Shown here: piece after piece, positions 51,376 to 59,662 of the stretch
Position numbering within the stretch: position 1 is the stretch's first letter
How the letters are laid out: each line of letters begins with the position of its first letter
The notes under the pieces: model-generated
What the model was told of the DNA's origin: nothing
The model's database searches: none
What the model saw: the letters and a program-made list of their open reading frames with translations, nothing else
Origin: Minisyncoccota bacterium
GTDB lineage: Bacteria > Patescibacteriota > Minisyncoccia > Phycocordibacterales > GCA-2401445
Direction of reading: 5' to 3'
NCBI GenBank assembly: GCA_040879725.1
Contig: JBBDJV010000008.1
Location: forward strand, 17,856 to 81,855
DNA: 64,000 nucleotides
Program-made: the position numbers and the translations under genes

Positions 51376-51469
51376 GTTACTTTCTGTTAGGAATAATTGT
51401 CAGTCTTAGCTGACGTAAGTTAATTTTACGAGATATGACCTAGATTGGTCAATAGCAAAATAGAATAAC

Positions 51470-51919
51470 TTACGCTTTTGGTTCTTCTTCTGCTGGTGTC
51501 TCTTTTGGAGTTTCTTCAGGCTGTACTGATTCCGCAGGAGTTTCAACCGGTGCTTTTTCTTCAACAGCAGGAGCTACTGTTTCTGCTGGTGTAGCCTCTG
51601 TTGCATCTTTTGCTCCGGTTTCCTCTGGAGCTGATTCACTTTTAATAGGAGATTTCTTTGGAAGAACGTTAATTTTCTTTCCAGTAATTACTTTCTCAGA
51701 GATTAGCATGTTGTGCACTGTGTCAGATAGCTTAGCTCCATGTGCTACGTGATGCTTAATTCTATCGCTCTTAAATTCAGTCAAACCAGTTTTCGCATGA
51801 TGAAAACCAAGCACCTCAAGAACCTTTCCGCTCTTTGGGCCATTGTGAGAATCGGTTAAAACGACACGGAATGCCGGTTCGTTTCTTCGTCCTACTCTTT
51901 GTAATCTTACTTTTAACAT
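51470..51919 (-). CDS. rpsP: 30S ribosomal protein S16 with acidic/Pro-rich C-terminal extension
   Basis: MLKVRLQRVGRRNEPAFRVVLTDSHNGPKSGKVLEVLGFHH matches S16 (ATG at 51919; the ORF runs to 51976); ~70-aa PE/TA-rich tail. Confidence 0.85.
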   Translation of the reverse strand: MLKVRLQRVGRRNEPAFRVVLTDSHNGPKSGKVLEVLGFHHAKTGLTEFKSDRIKHHVAHGAKLSDTVHNMLISEKVITGKKINVLPKKSPIKSESAPEETGAKDATEATPAETVAPAVEEKAPVETPAESVQPEETPKETPAEEEPKA

Positions 51920-52029
51920 GTGCGCAATAATAACAAAAGCTAGTATATCAGTCAATACCAATACTATGCTCATCAAAGAGCACTACCTTTCTACATATGG
52001 TGATTATACCACACTACTGAGAGCTCTCA

Positions 52030-52079
52030 ACAGAGCCATTTAAATGCGCACGCCGGCGTGCGCATTTAAATGGCTCTGT
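52030..52079. repeat. 50-bp perfect palindrome (GC-rich core) in divergent rpsP/rnr intergenic region
   Basis: acagagccatttaaatgcgcacgcc|ggcgtgcgcatttaaatggctctgt is exactly self-complementary, centred between 52054 and 52055. Confidence 0.9.
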
Positions 52080-52201
52080 ATAAGCCTTATTTTACGCTCA
52101 TTTTCGAGTCTATGTACAGAATCCAAGGTTACTCTTGTGGATCAACATAGAGACTTGCCAAGTTTTACTAATGTGTAAAATGTTGTGTTATCTGTTACAG
52201 T

Positions 52202-54169
52202 ATGTATATGTCACACACACAAAAACGGAATCAATCCCACAAAAACACACATAAAGGTAAAACTAAAGAACGTATCACACAAACAATATCAGTCTTTGGC
52301 AAAGGAGAAGGATTGGTGGTTGTTAATGGAAAGGAATATAGAGTTTATCCAGAAGACCTAAATACTGCCCTCGATGGCGACACCGTTGCACTTGAGCTAC
52401 AGGAACGAAAGAATAACCCAAAGGCGAAAGTAGTAAAAATTGAAAAGCGAAAGCGAACTAAGTTTGTCGGGACAGTAAAAAAAGAGTCGGGTTCACTAAT
52501 CGTCTCACCTGACAGTAGACGAATGTATACTCCCCTTTTCATAGAGGATAAAAACTCAATCCCTGAGGAAGGCACTAAAGTTGCGGTACAAATAAGTGAA
52601 TGGAAAGGAGGTAAACCGTACGGAAAAATCATAACAGTATTTGGAAAGCAAAATGAACACAAGACGGAAATTTCTTCAATTCTCTTTGAGCACGATATTG
52701 ATACCAATTTTCCACCAAACGTTACAGCCGAAGGAGAAAGCTTTGAGAAAGCATGGGAATCTATTCTTATACATGAACTGGAAGTCAGAAAAGATTTAAG
52801 AACAACACCCACTATCACTATCGACCCAGTTGATGCAAAAGACTTTGACGACGCTCTTTCACTAACAACACTTCCAAACGGAAATATTGAAGTAGGTGTG
52901 CATATTGCAGACGTATCACATTTTGTACTTCCTGATTCAGCTCTCGACAAAGAAGCTTCTATTCGGGCATTTTCTGTGTACCTCGTAGACAGAACAATCC
53001 CAATGTTGCCAGAGTCTCTTTCAAATAACCTCTGTAGTCTAAAACCAAATGAAGACAGGCTTGCATTCTCTTGTCTTTTTGAGTTGGATTCTGAAAATAG
53101 AGTAGTAAATGAATGGTTTGGTAAAACAGTTATACATTCCGAGCATAGATTTTCTTACGAAGAGGCTCAAAGTTCTATTGAAAATGGCGACCAGCCATTA
53201 CATGACATGTTGACCATCTTTAATACAAGAGCCAAAAAGATGCAGGCTGAGCGTAGTAAAGAAGGCTCGATTGATTTTGGTGACTCGGAGGTTCGTTTTG
53301 AACTTGATGAAAATGGTGCAGTAGTAGACATACACAAAAAAACTCGTATGGACGCACACAGACTTGTAGAGGAGTACATGTTGCTCGCAAACAGAAGAGT
53401 TGCTCGGTTTATGGAGAAGTTTACTGAGGTAAATGACACCGGAAATATCCCCCTCTACTTCCTATATCGAATTCACGATAATCCACATGCGGAAAGAATG
53501 GAGACATTTGCCCAGTTTGTACGGGCTCTTGGTTACACATTTCCAGACGCGAGCAAAGTTTCTGCAAATGACATCACGACACTACTCCACAAGGCAAAAG
53601 ACACACCAGAGTCTGGTGTTATAAATACCGCAGCTCTAAGAACAATGAGTAAAGCAATTTACTCTACGAAGAATATCGGACACTTTGGTTTGGCATTCGA
53701 TACCTATACTCACTTTACCTCCCCTATTAGAAGATACGCCGACCTTATCGTGCACCGCCTACTTCAGCACGCGCTAGATAACACAAAACCTGAACAGTCA
53801 TTTATTAAAAAGCTTCCAAAACTGAGTGAGTATATTTGTGAGCGAGAACTGGATGTGGTTGATGCGGAACGACAGTCTATCCGCTTCAAGCAGGTTGAAT
53901 ACATGCAAAGACACGTAGGAGAAGTACGCAAAGGAATAATAAACGGTATAACAGAATGGGGTATGTACGTGGAGGACTCTGAAACAAAAACAGAAGGTCT
54001 TATTTCTATCAGAAGTATGAAGGATGATTATTATTCTTTAGATAAGAAAAGCTACGCACTCGTTGGACGTGATAATAAGCAACAGTATCAGCTCGGTGAC
54101 GAAGTTGCTTTTCTAGTAAAAGCTGTGCGTCTTGAAGAAAGACAAATTGATTTTGAGCTAAAAAAATAG
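52202..54169 (+). CDS. rnr: ribonuclease R (RNB-family 3'-5' exoribonuclease)
   Basis: 655 aa; cold-shock/OB N-terminal domains, RNB catalytic motifs (TIDPVDAKDFDDALS), C-terminal S1 domain. Confidence 0.9.
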   Translation: MYMSHTQKRNQSHKNTHKGKTKERITQTISVFGKGEGLVVVNGKEYRVYPEDLNTALDGDTVALELQERKNNPKAKVVKIEKRKRTKFVGTVKKESGSLIVSPDSRRMYTPLFIEDKNSIPEEGTKVAVQISEWKGGKPYGKIITVFGKQNEHKTEISSILFEHDIDTNFPPNVTAEGESFEKAWESILIHELEVRKDLRTTPTITIDPVDAKDFDDALSLTTLPNGNIEVGVHIADVSHFVLPDSALDKEASIRAFSVYLVDRTIPMLPESLSNNLCSLKPNEDRLAFSCLFELDSENRVVNEWFGKTVIHSEHRFSYEEAQSSIENGDQPLHDMLTIFNTRAKKMQAERSKEGSIDFGDSEVRFELDENGAVVDIHKKTRMDAHRLVEEYMLLANRRVARFMEKFTEVNDTGNIPLYFLYRIHDNPHAERMETFAQFVRALGYTFPDASKVSANDITTLLHKAKDTPESGVINTAALRTMSKAIYSTKNIGHFGLAFDTYTHFTSPIRRYADLIVHRLLQHALDNTKPEQSFIKKLPKLSEYICERELDVVDAERQSIRFKQVEYMQRHVGEVRKGIINGITEWGMYVEDSETKTEGLISIRSMKDDYYSLDKKSYALVGRDNKQQYQLGDEVAFLVKAVRLEERQIDFELKK

Positions 54170-54207
54170 CCACCCAGGTATTGGGTAGCCATTTGAGAGC
54201 AAGGTTT

Positions 54208-54624
54208 TCACGCTGACGGATAAGTAACCCGAACTCGTTTTTGCCTACTTGCTGAAATCATATCGAGAAGAAGACCGTTAAAAGCAACAATAACGGCTAA
54301 GTTTTCAATTGTGACTTCAGTGGTTTGCATTACGATTGACATGCTGTCACCTCTGAATTCACAGGCAACAACAGGATTTTTACTCCCACCCTTGAGAGCA
54401 GTGACTGATTCGTATACCGAAATCAAAACGTCATCCTTAAACTCCTTTATGCCAGACATGGGGTACTCCTTGAAAACAACAAACTTTCCATTTCCTCCAT
54501 ACTTTGGTTTGAGTAGTCCGTACCATTCTCTCGGTTCTGATTCAAGCCTGATACACTTCAGTGTTTTGGGAACATGCAGTTCATTAAAAACACCCTTCGG
54601 TGTTGGGAAACTTTTTTTAGTCAT
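54208..54624 (-). CDS. hypothetical protein (138 aa)
   Basis: ORF with ATG, immediately downstream of the SMC-like gene in the rnc-smc operon position; no recognisable motif. Confidence 0.4.
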   Translation of the reverse strand: MTKKSFPTPKGVFNELHVPKTLKCIRLESEPREWYGLLKPKYGGNGKFVVFKEYPMSGIKEFKDDVLISVYESVTALKGGSKNPVVACEFRGDSMSIVMQTTEVTIENLAVIVAFNGLLLDMISASRQKRVRVTYPSA

Positions 54625-54691
54625 ATCGCACCACCTTTCAAGAACATTGGTTTTATTGAAGTATCTATTTTTTTACGTATATGTCAATACG

Positions 54692-56953
54692 CTACTTCGC
54701 AGTCGCCACCGCATCCTCAAAGCGTACCGAAAGAAGCTTTGAAGAACCATCGCCTGCCATTGTCACTCCATAGAGAATACCTGCCCGTGACATTGTTTCC
54801 CTATTATGGGTAATCAAAATTAACTGTGAATGACTTGAAAGGCTTTCAATCATATCACCATACTTTCTGCTGTTTGCTTCATCGAGTGCCGCGTCTGTTT
54901 CGTCAAGAATAATAAACGGCGGTGGATTTACTTGAGATATTGCAAACAAAAGAGCGATGGAAGTAAGCGCGCGCTCACCACCTGAGAGCATCATTAAACC
55001 TTTAGTTCTTTTATGTGGAAGTGATACATCGACATCAATTCCTACGTCATTTTTCTTTTCAGTTTCATTTTCTTCATCCATATCAAAAACCTCATCAATT
55101 TCACTTTTCTTCTTAACCCTTTTCTTTTGTACAACCGTGTGTATCCCCGCTCTCCCGCCACCAAACATAAGTGTAAAAAAGCTATTAAACGCATTGTTTA
55201 TTTTCTTAACACCTTCGGTAAATTCTGTTTCTATTTTTAATGCAAGCTCATTAATGAGCGTTGAAAGCGATTCAGCAGAACGCTCAAGATCCTCTATTTC
55301 TTTCGCTAGAAACGCATCTCTTTCACTTGCTTCCTTATACTCTTTCTCCACATCTTCTGAATCTCCCGCCCCAGTATCTTCAATTCGAATTTTAAGCTTC
55401 TCAAGCTCCCTTCTTCTCTCCTCTTGAGCTAAGCGGTCTTCATGTGCCACTTCTTCAGGCGAAACGTCGTACTGTTCATAATCTTTGATAGAACGTCCTA
55501 CAAGAACAGCCCCTTCCTGGCATTCTCGGTTAAACTCAGAGTATTCTTTATCTCTGATACTTTCTCTTTGCGAAAGGTTGCTTATTACAATAGCCAGTTC
55601 ATTCATTCGATTCATAAGCTCAAAGAGTGAGCGTTCAGCATCTCTGTTTTCGTGCTCATTTTTAGAAATTGCATTCTTTAGAACCTCGAGTTCTGAGAGT
55701 AAATCTTTCTCTTCTTGGTTAAGCTTTGCTAGAGCATTCTCCGCTGATGTCTTTTCATCGCTAATTTGCTGTATGCTTTCATTGAATGTCTTTTCTAAAT
55801 CATTACGATGTTCTGTCTGCTCATGCTTCTTAAAAAAGTTTCTAAGTGCTTCTTTTATTTTACTAAGAGCTGACTTTACTGCAGAAATGTCACCTTCAAG
55901 CATACCTTGGTCAACGGCAGTGTGAACAAAAAGGGAAAGCTCCCTTACCTCCTCAAACGGAACTACACCACCGCTTGATTCTATTTCCTTTAACCTGCGT
56001 TCGTGTTCTCGCTTAAGCGCCTCCACAGTACCCTCCACACGACCAATTGTTTTTAGGTGTGTTTCTTTCTGAAGTCGCAAGTCGCGAAGACCTGTTTCAA
56101 TTGAAATAAGTCTGTTTGACTCATTTGTTTCGGTCTTTTCCGAAGCAAGCTTATTTTTTATATCAGAAATCTTTTGTTGCAGTTCCTCTTTTTCTGTAAG
56201 TAACGGCGCTTTTTCAGCTTCAATTTTTTCTTTTTCAATAGTTAAATAGAGTGATTCTCGTTTTAGATACTCTGCGTACTTAGAAATCAACGTAGCGCGC
56301 ATCTCTTTAACACGTTCAATTCTCTCCATTTGCTTTTTGAGAAATTTTATATGGGGCGCTATCTCTCTGCGCAGGGACTGCACAGACTCAATATTTTCTT
56401 TTGTCTTTACGAGCTTTTTTTCGCTCTCTACTCGCTTGTATTGATATACCTTGAGTCCGAGTGCGTCTTCTATCATTTCTCGTCTTTCACGCGCATTTGT
56501 TGAAAGTATCCTGTCTGCTTCACCCTGAGAGATAATATGATGTCCTGAAGCGCCAATATTTGCATGTGCCAGTAATTCAGCTACATCCTTAAGACGAACA
56601 GATGAACCGTTGATAAAGTACTCATTTACGCCATCTCTGTGAACCACTCGCTCAAACGTCACTTCTTCATGGTCTACATTAAGAAGCCTACTCGTATTAT
56701 CAAAAATCACCTTTACGCTTGCCCTGTTTCCTTTTGGAAACAACTTTGAGCCACTCCAGATTAAATCTTCACCCCTTTTCCCTCTCATTGATTTGAGAGA
56801 TTGTTCACCCAATACAAAGCGAAAAGCTTCAGCAGTGTTTGATTTACCTGAACCATTAGGTCCGACAATAGCAGTAATAGCGCTCTTAAATTCAAGAGTT
56901 TCTTTCTTGGCAAAGGACTTGAATCCGCTCAATTCAAGAGATTTTAAATACAT
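54692..56953 (-). CDS. smc: SMC-family ATPase (short, ~750 aa; Walker A/B heads with central coiled coil)
   Basis: N-terminal head LELSGFKSFAKKETLEFKSAITAIVGPNGSGKSN and QGEADRILSTNARERREMIEDALG; C-terminal signature LSGGERALTSIALLFAI plus Walker B FIILDETDAALD; the ATG at 56953 (MYLKSL) is preferred over the ORF start at 56980; directly downstream of rnc as in the rnc-smc operons of Firmicutes. Confidence 0.7.
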   Translation of the reverse strand: MYLKSLELSGFKSFAKKETLEFKSAITAIVGPNGSGKSNTAEAFRFVLGEQSLKSMRGKRGEDLIWSGSKLFPKGNRASVKVIFDNTSRLLNVDHEEVTFERVVHRDGVNEYFINGSSVRLKDVAELLAHANIGASGHHIISQGEADRILSTNARERREMIEDALGLKVYQYKRVESEKKLVKTKENIESVQSLRREIAPHIKFLKKQMERIERVKEMRATLISKYAEYLKRESLYLTIEKEKIEAEKAPLLTEKEELQQKISDIKNKLASEKTETNESNRLISIETGLRDLRLQKETHLKTIGRVEGTVEALKREHERRLKEIESSGGVVPFEEVRELSLFVHTAVDQGMLEGDISAVKSALSKIKEALRNFFKKHEQTEHRNDLEKTFNESIQQISDEKTSAENALAKLNQEEKDLLSELEVLKNAISKNEHENRDAERSLFELMNRMNELAIVISNLSQRESIRDKEYSEFNRECQEGAVLVGRSIKDYEQYDVSPEEVAHEDRLAQEERRRELEKLKIRIEDTGAGDSEDVEKEYKEASERDAFLAKEIEDLERSAESLSTLINELALKIETEFTEGVKKINNAFNSFFTLMFGGGRAGIHTVVQKKRVKKKSEIDEVFDMDEENETEKKNDVGIDVDVSLPHKRTKGLMMLSGGERALTSIALLFAISQVNPPPFIILDETDAALDEANSRKYGDMIESLSSHSQLILITHNRETMSRAGILYGVTMAGDGSSKLLSVRFEDAVATAK

Positions 56954-56996
56954 TACAATAGTATAACACTGACTCTGCAATCAACAGAATAGTGCT

Positions 56997-57686
56997 CTAG
57001 ACCCACCCCTTGGCATTCAACCCTTCTCTTGCAGCTGTTTGTTCGGCTTCTTGTTTACTTTTCCCTTGGCCGGTAGCAATCTGTTCAGAACCTATTCGTA
57101 CTCCAACAGTAAAACACTTATCATGATCAGGACCAGACTCGCCTACAAGCACGTATGTTGGTGTTTGCCCATGAATTTCCTGAGCTTTTTCTTGGAAGAA
57201 ACTTTTAGCGTCTTGCCACAATCGCTCTTTAAGTATTCTTGGCAATTCAGGCACAACACTGTCATGGATAAACTTTTTTGCCTTTTCATACCCTTGGTCA
57301 AGATAGATAGCTCCCGTTACTGATTCATACGTATTTGCGAGAATATACTGGCGCGCACGTCCAATATCTCGCGCTTCTCCTTTCGATAGAAGAAGAAAAT
57401 TATTCATACCAAGCTTTTCTGATACTTCAGCAAGCAAAGTTGCATTTACGAGTGCAGAACGGTACGCGGTAAGAACACCTTCATTTTCTTCAGGGAACTC
57501 TCGATACAGAAAGTCGGTTATAACCAGCTCAAGCACTGCGTCACCCAAAAACTCCAAGCGCTCGTTATGAGGAACGCTAAGATTTCGATTCTCATTCAAG
57601 TATGACCTGTGAGTAAATGCCTGCTCAAGCAACTTCGGGTCATTAAATGCATACCCGAGAGACTCTTCAAAATTCTTTATATTCAT
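56997..57686 (-). CDS. rnc: ribonuclease III
   Basis: RNase III signature ERLEFLGDAVLELVITDFLY plus C-terminal dsRBD. Confidence 0.9.
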   Translation of the reverse strand: MNIKNFEESLGYAFNDPKLLEQAFTHRSYLNENRNLSVPHNERLEFLGDAVLELVITDFLYREFPEENEGVLTAYRSALVNATLLAEVSEKLGMNNFLLLSKGEARDIGRARQYILANTYESVTGAIYLDQGYEKAKKFIHDSVVPELPRILKERLWQDAKSFFQEKAQEIHGQTPTYVLVGESGPDHDKCFTVGVRIGSEQIATGQGKSKQEAEQTAAREGLNAKGWV

Positions 57687-57752
57687 AGTTGTACTCTATG
57701 AACGATAGATCGATGGTGAATATATTCACCCTCCATGTATCGCCCCTAGTAA

Positions 57753-58652
57753 TTACTTTGTTAAAATACCAACTGCTTTGGTAATTAGTGGCAGTATATC
57801 GTCATAAAAGTTTAGGTCAAGTATCTCGGTTAGCTTGAACCACCGAGCGTCATCTAGCCCCTGCTTTTCCCCAAGACTGACTGGTGCATAAGGTACTTCC
57901 GCCAAATGATACACGACCTGCTTTCTGATTTTTCCTTTTTCAGGATTTTTTGCAATGTACTCGTTTTTACCTAATTCATCCTTTAATGTTACTCCAGAAA
58001 GACCCATTTCTTCTTGGACGACTCTTGCTGTTCCTACTTCATCTGTTTCGCCTTCTTTATAGTGCCCTTTTGAAAGGGTCCAATGTCCGAAAATATCGTG
58101 TATAAGCGCGAGGTATATTTCCCCATCCTTTACCGCATATACAACAGCACCACCCAGTTTTTCAATAGGCATTTTATCGTATGGAATATCGGGAATAGTT
58201 TTCTTCTTTTTACCTATTTCATCTTTCCCTGGTTCACCTATTTCTTTATACACTGCACCGAGCACTCCGTTAACAAATTTACTACTGTTTTCTCCACCGT
58301 ATGCCTTAGACAGCTCAACGGCTTCATTTATTGCTACTTTAGCAGGTACTTCTTTTCTGTCTGCAAAAAGCAGTTCATAAAGACCGATACGAAGAATATT
58401 TCTGTCTACTATTGATATCTTTTCAATCGGCCACTCAGGCGCGGCTTTCTGGATAATTAAATCGAGATCGACTTTTTTTTGTATTATTTTATCTATAAGA
58501 GAGAGTATGAATGAATCATCGGTCAATCCTGGAGCAAATTCATCAATATTTCTGTTAACTACCTTTTCTACATCAATACTTTTGGAGCCGTTAAAATCCC
58601 ACTCGAAGAGTGTTTGTAAAACAATTGATCGTGAAAGGTGCCGATTAGCCAT
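57753..58652 (-). CDS. nusB: NusB antitermination factor fused to C-terminal NUDIX-like hydrolase domain
   Basis: Residues 1-~145 are NusB-like (RIGLYELLFADRKEVPAKVAINEAVELSKAYGGENSSKFVNGVLGAV); residues ~165-299 carry a Nudix-box variant GHYKEGETDEVGTARVVQEEMGL. Confidence 0.7.
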   Translation of the reverse strand: MANRHLSRSIVLQTLFEWDFNGSKSIDVEKVVNRNIDEFAPGLTDDSFILSLIDKIIQKKVDLDLIIQKAAPEWPIEKISIVDRNILRIGLYELLFADRKEVPAKVAINEAVELSKAYGGENSSKFVNGVLGAVYKEIGEPGKDEIGKKKKTIPDIPYDKMPIEKLGGAVVYAVKDGEIYLALIHDIFGHWTLSKGHYKEGETDEVGTARVVQEEMGLSGVTLKDELGKNEYIAKNPEKGKIRKQVVYHLAEVPYAPVSLGEKQGLDDARWFKLTEILDLNFYDDILPLITKAVGILTK

Positions 58653-58691
58653 ACAAGCAAACTATTTTAGTATAGTAGTAATTGTATAGTA

Positions 58692-58733
58692 AAACCGCGA
58701 GGTTGTCCTCTGGATAACTCTCGCGGTTTACGT
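58692..58733. terminator. hairpin between rpmF and nusB (possible terminator/attenuator)
   Basis: 10-bp stem aaaccgcgag/ctcgcggttt (58692-58701/58720-58729), 18-nt loop, then tta. Confidence 0.4.
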
Positions 58734-58742
58734 TATGCATTT

Positions 58743-59015
58743 TTATTTGTTTGCAGGAAGTGCTTTTGTTTCTCCCTCAGACTCATGTGTATGAGCTGGG
58801 TTTGCTTCCGCGTGTTGCTTCTGTCTTTCGAGCTGTTTATTAATCTTCTTCTCTACATCAATAACTTTTTTGCCACGGTACATACCTGTAGTTGCACTTG
58901 CTCGGTGACGCTGATGTGGTACGCCATTATCAAGTGACACACGAACACCGGAAAGCGCATGATGGCTTCGTCGGTTCGCGGTATGTGAACGTGTATGTCG
59001 CATTCGTACTGTCAT
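58743..59015 (-). CDS. rpmF: 50S ribosomal protein L32 with C-terminal extension
   Basis: MTVRMRHTRSHTANRRSHHAL matches the L32 N-terminal consensus (..Q.K.S.SRR..RRSH.AL); 90 aa versus the usual ~57-60. Confidence 0.8.
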   Translation of the reverse strand: MTVRMRHTRSHTANRRSHHALSGVRVSLDNGVPHQRHRASATTGMYRGKKVIDVEKKINKQLERQKQHAEANPAHTHESEGETKALPANK

Positions 59016-59036
59016 AGTAGAGGTAGCATACCGTAT

Positions 59037-59642
59037 TTACTCTTTTTTGGCAAGAGAGCGCAAAAAGGACTTTCTATGCTCAGGAATAAGCCCAACACGC
59101 TTTAGTGCAGTAATGTGTTTTTTAGTTCCATACCCAACATTTGTATCAAAACCGTAGTGTGGGTACTTTTTAGCAATGTTACGCATGTATGCGTCTCTAT
59201 GCTCTTTTGCAACGATTGAGGCAAGTGCAATCTCAACAAACTTTTCATCCCCTTTTATATACTGAGTTTGTGCATATTCAATCGGAGCTTTTATTCCCTT
59301 ATCAAGTTTTACAAATATTTTTTCCGAAGCTGGACATATTCTATTTAGCCCACTTTTTACCGCTTCTTGAATACACCAAGAAATTCCCTTGCTATCGACC
59401 ATAGAGGCGCTTTTGGAAACAACAACATAGGAGAGGTATCCCTTTTCTCTCCACTCGTTTATTTTTTCAAGCCAGAGAGCACGCTGTTTAGGGCTCAATT
59501 TTTTAGAGTCTTTTAGACCATGCAGTTTACCAATGGGTAGCTTTCTATAGAGAACCACAATACCCACAGTAACAGGGCCTGCAAGTGGCCCTCTGCCTAC
59601 TTCATCGACTCCTATACAGGGAAATGATTGCGTATGCTTCAT
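59037..59642 (-). CDS. rnhB: ribonuclease HII
   Basis: GVDEVGRGPLAGPV catalytic motif; internal ATG at 59642 is preferred (the ORF runs to 59726, which would overlap dnaE). Confidence 0.85.
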   Translation of the reverse strand: MKHTQSFPCIGVDEVGRGPLAGPVTVGIVVLYRKLPIGKLHGLKDSKKLSPKQRALWLEKINEWREKGYLSYVVVSKSASMVDSKGISWCIQEAVKSGLNRICPASEKIFVKLDKGIKAPIEYAQTQYIKGDEKFVEIALASIVAKEHRDAYMRNIAKKYPHYGFDTNVGYGTKKHITALKRVGLIPEHRKSFLRSLAKKE

Positions 59643-59662
59643 TTGTAGTATAATAGCACCTG

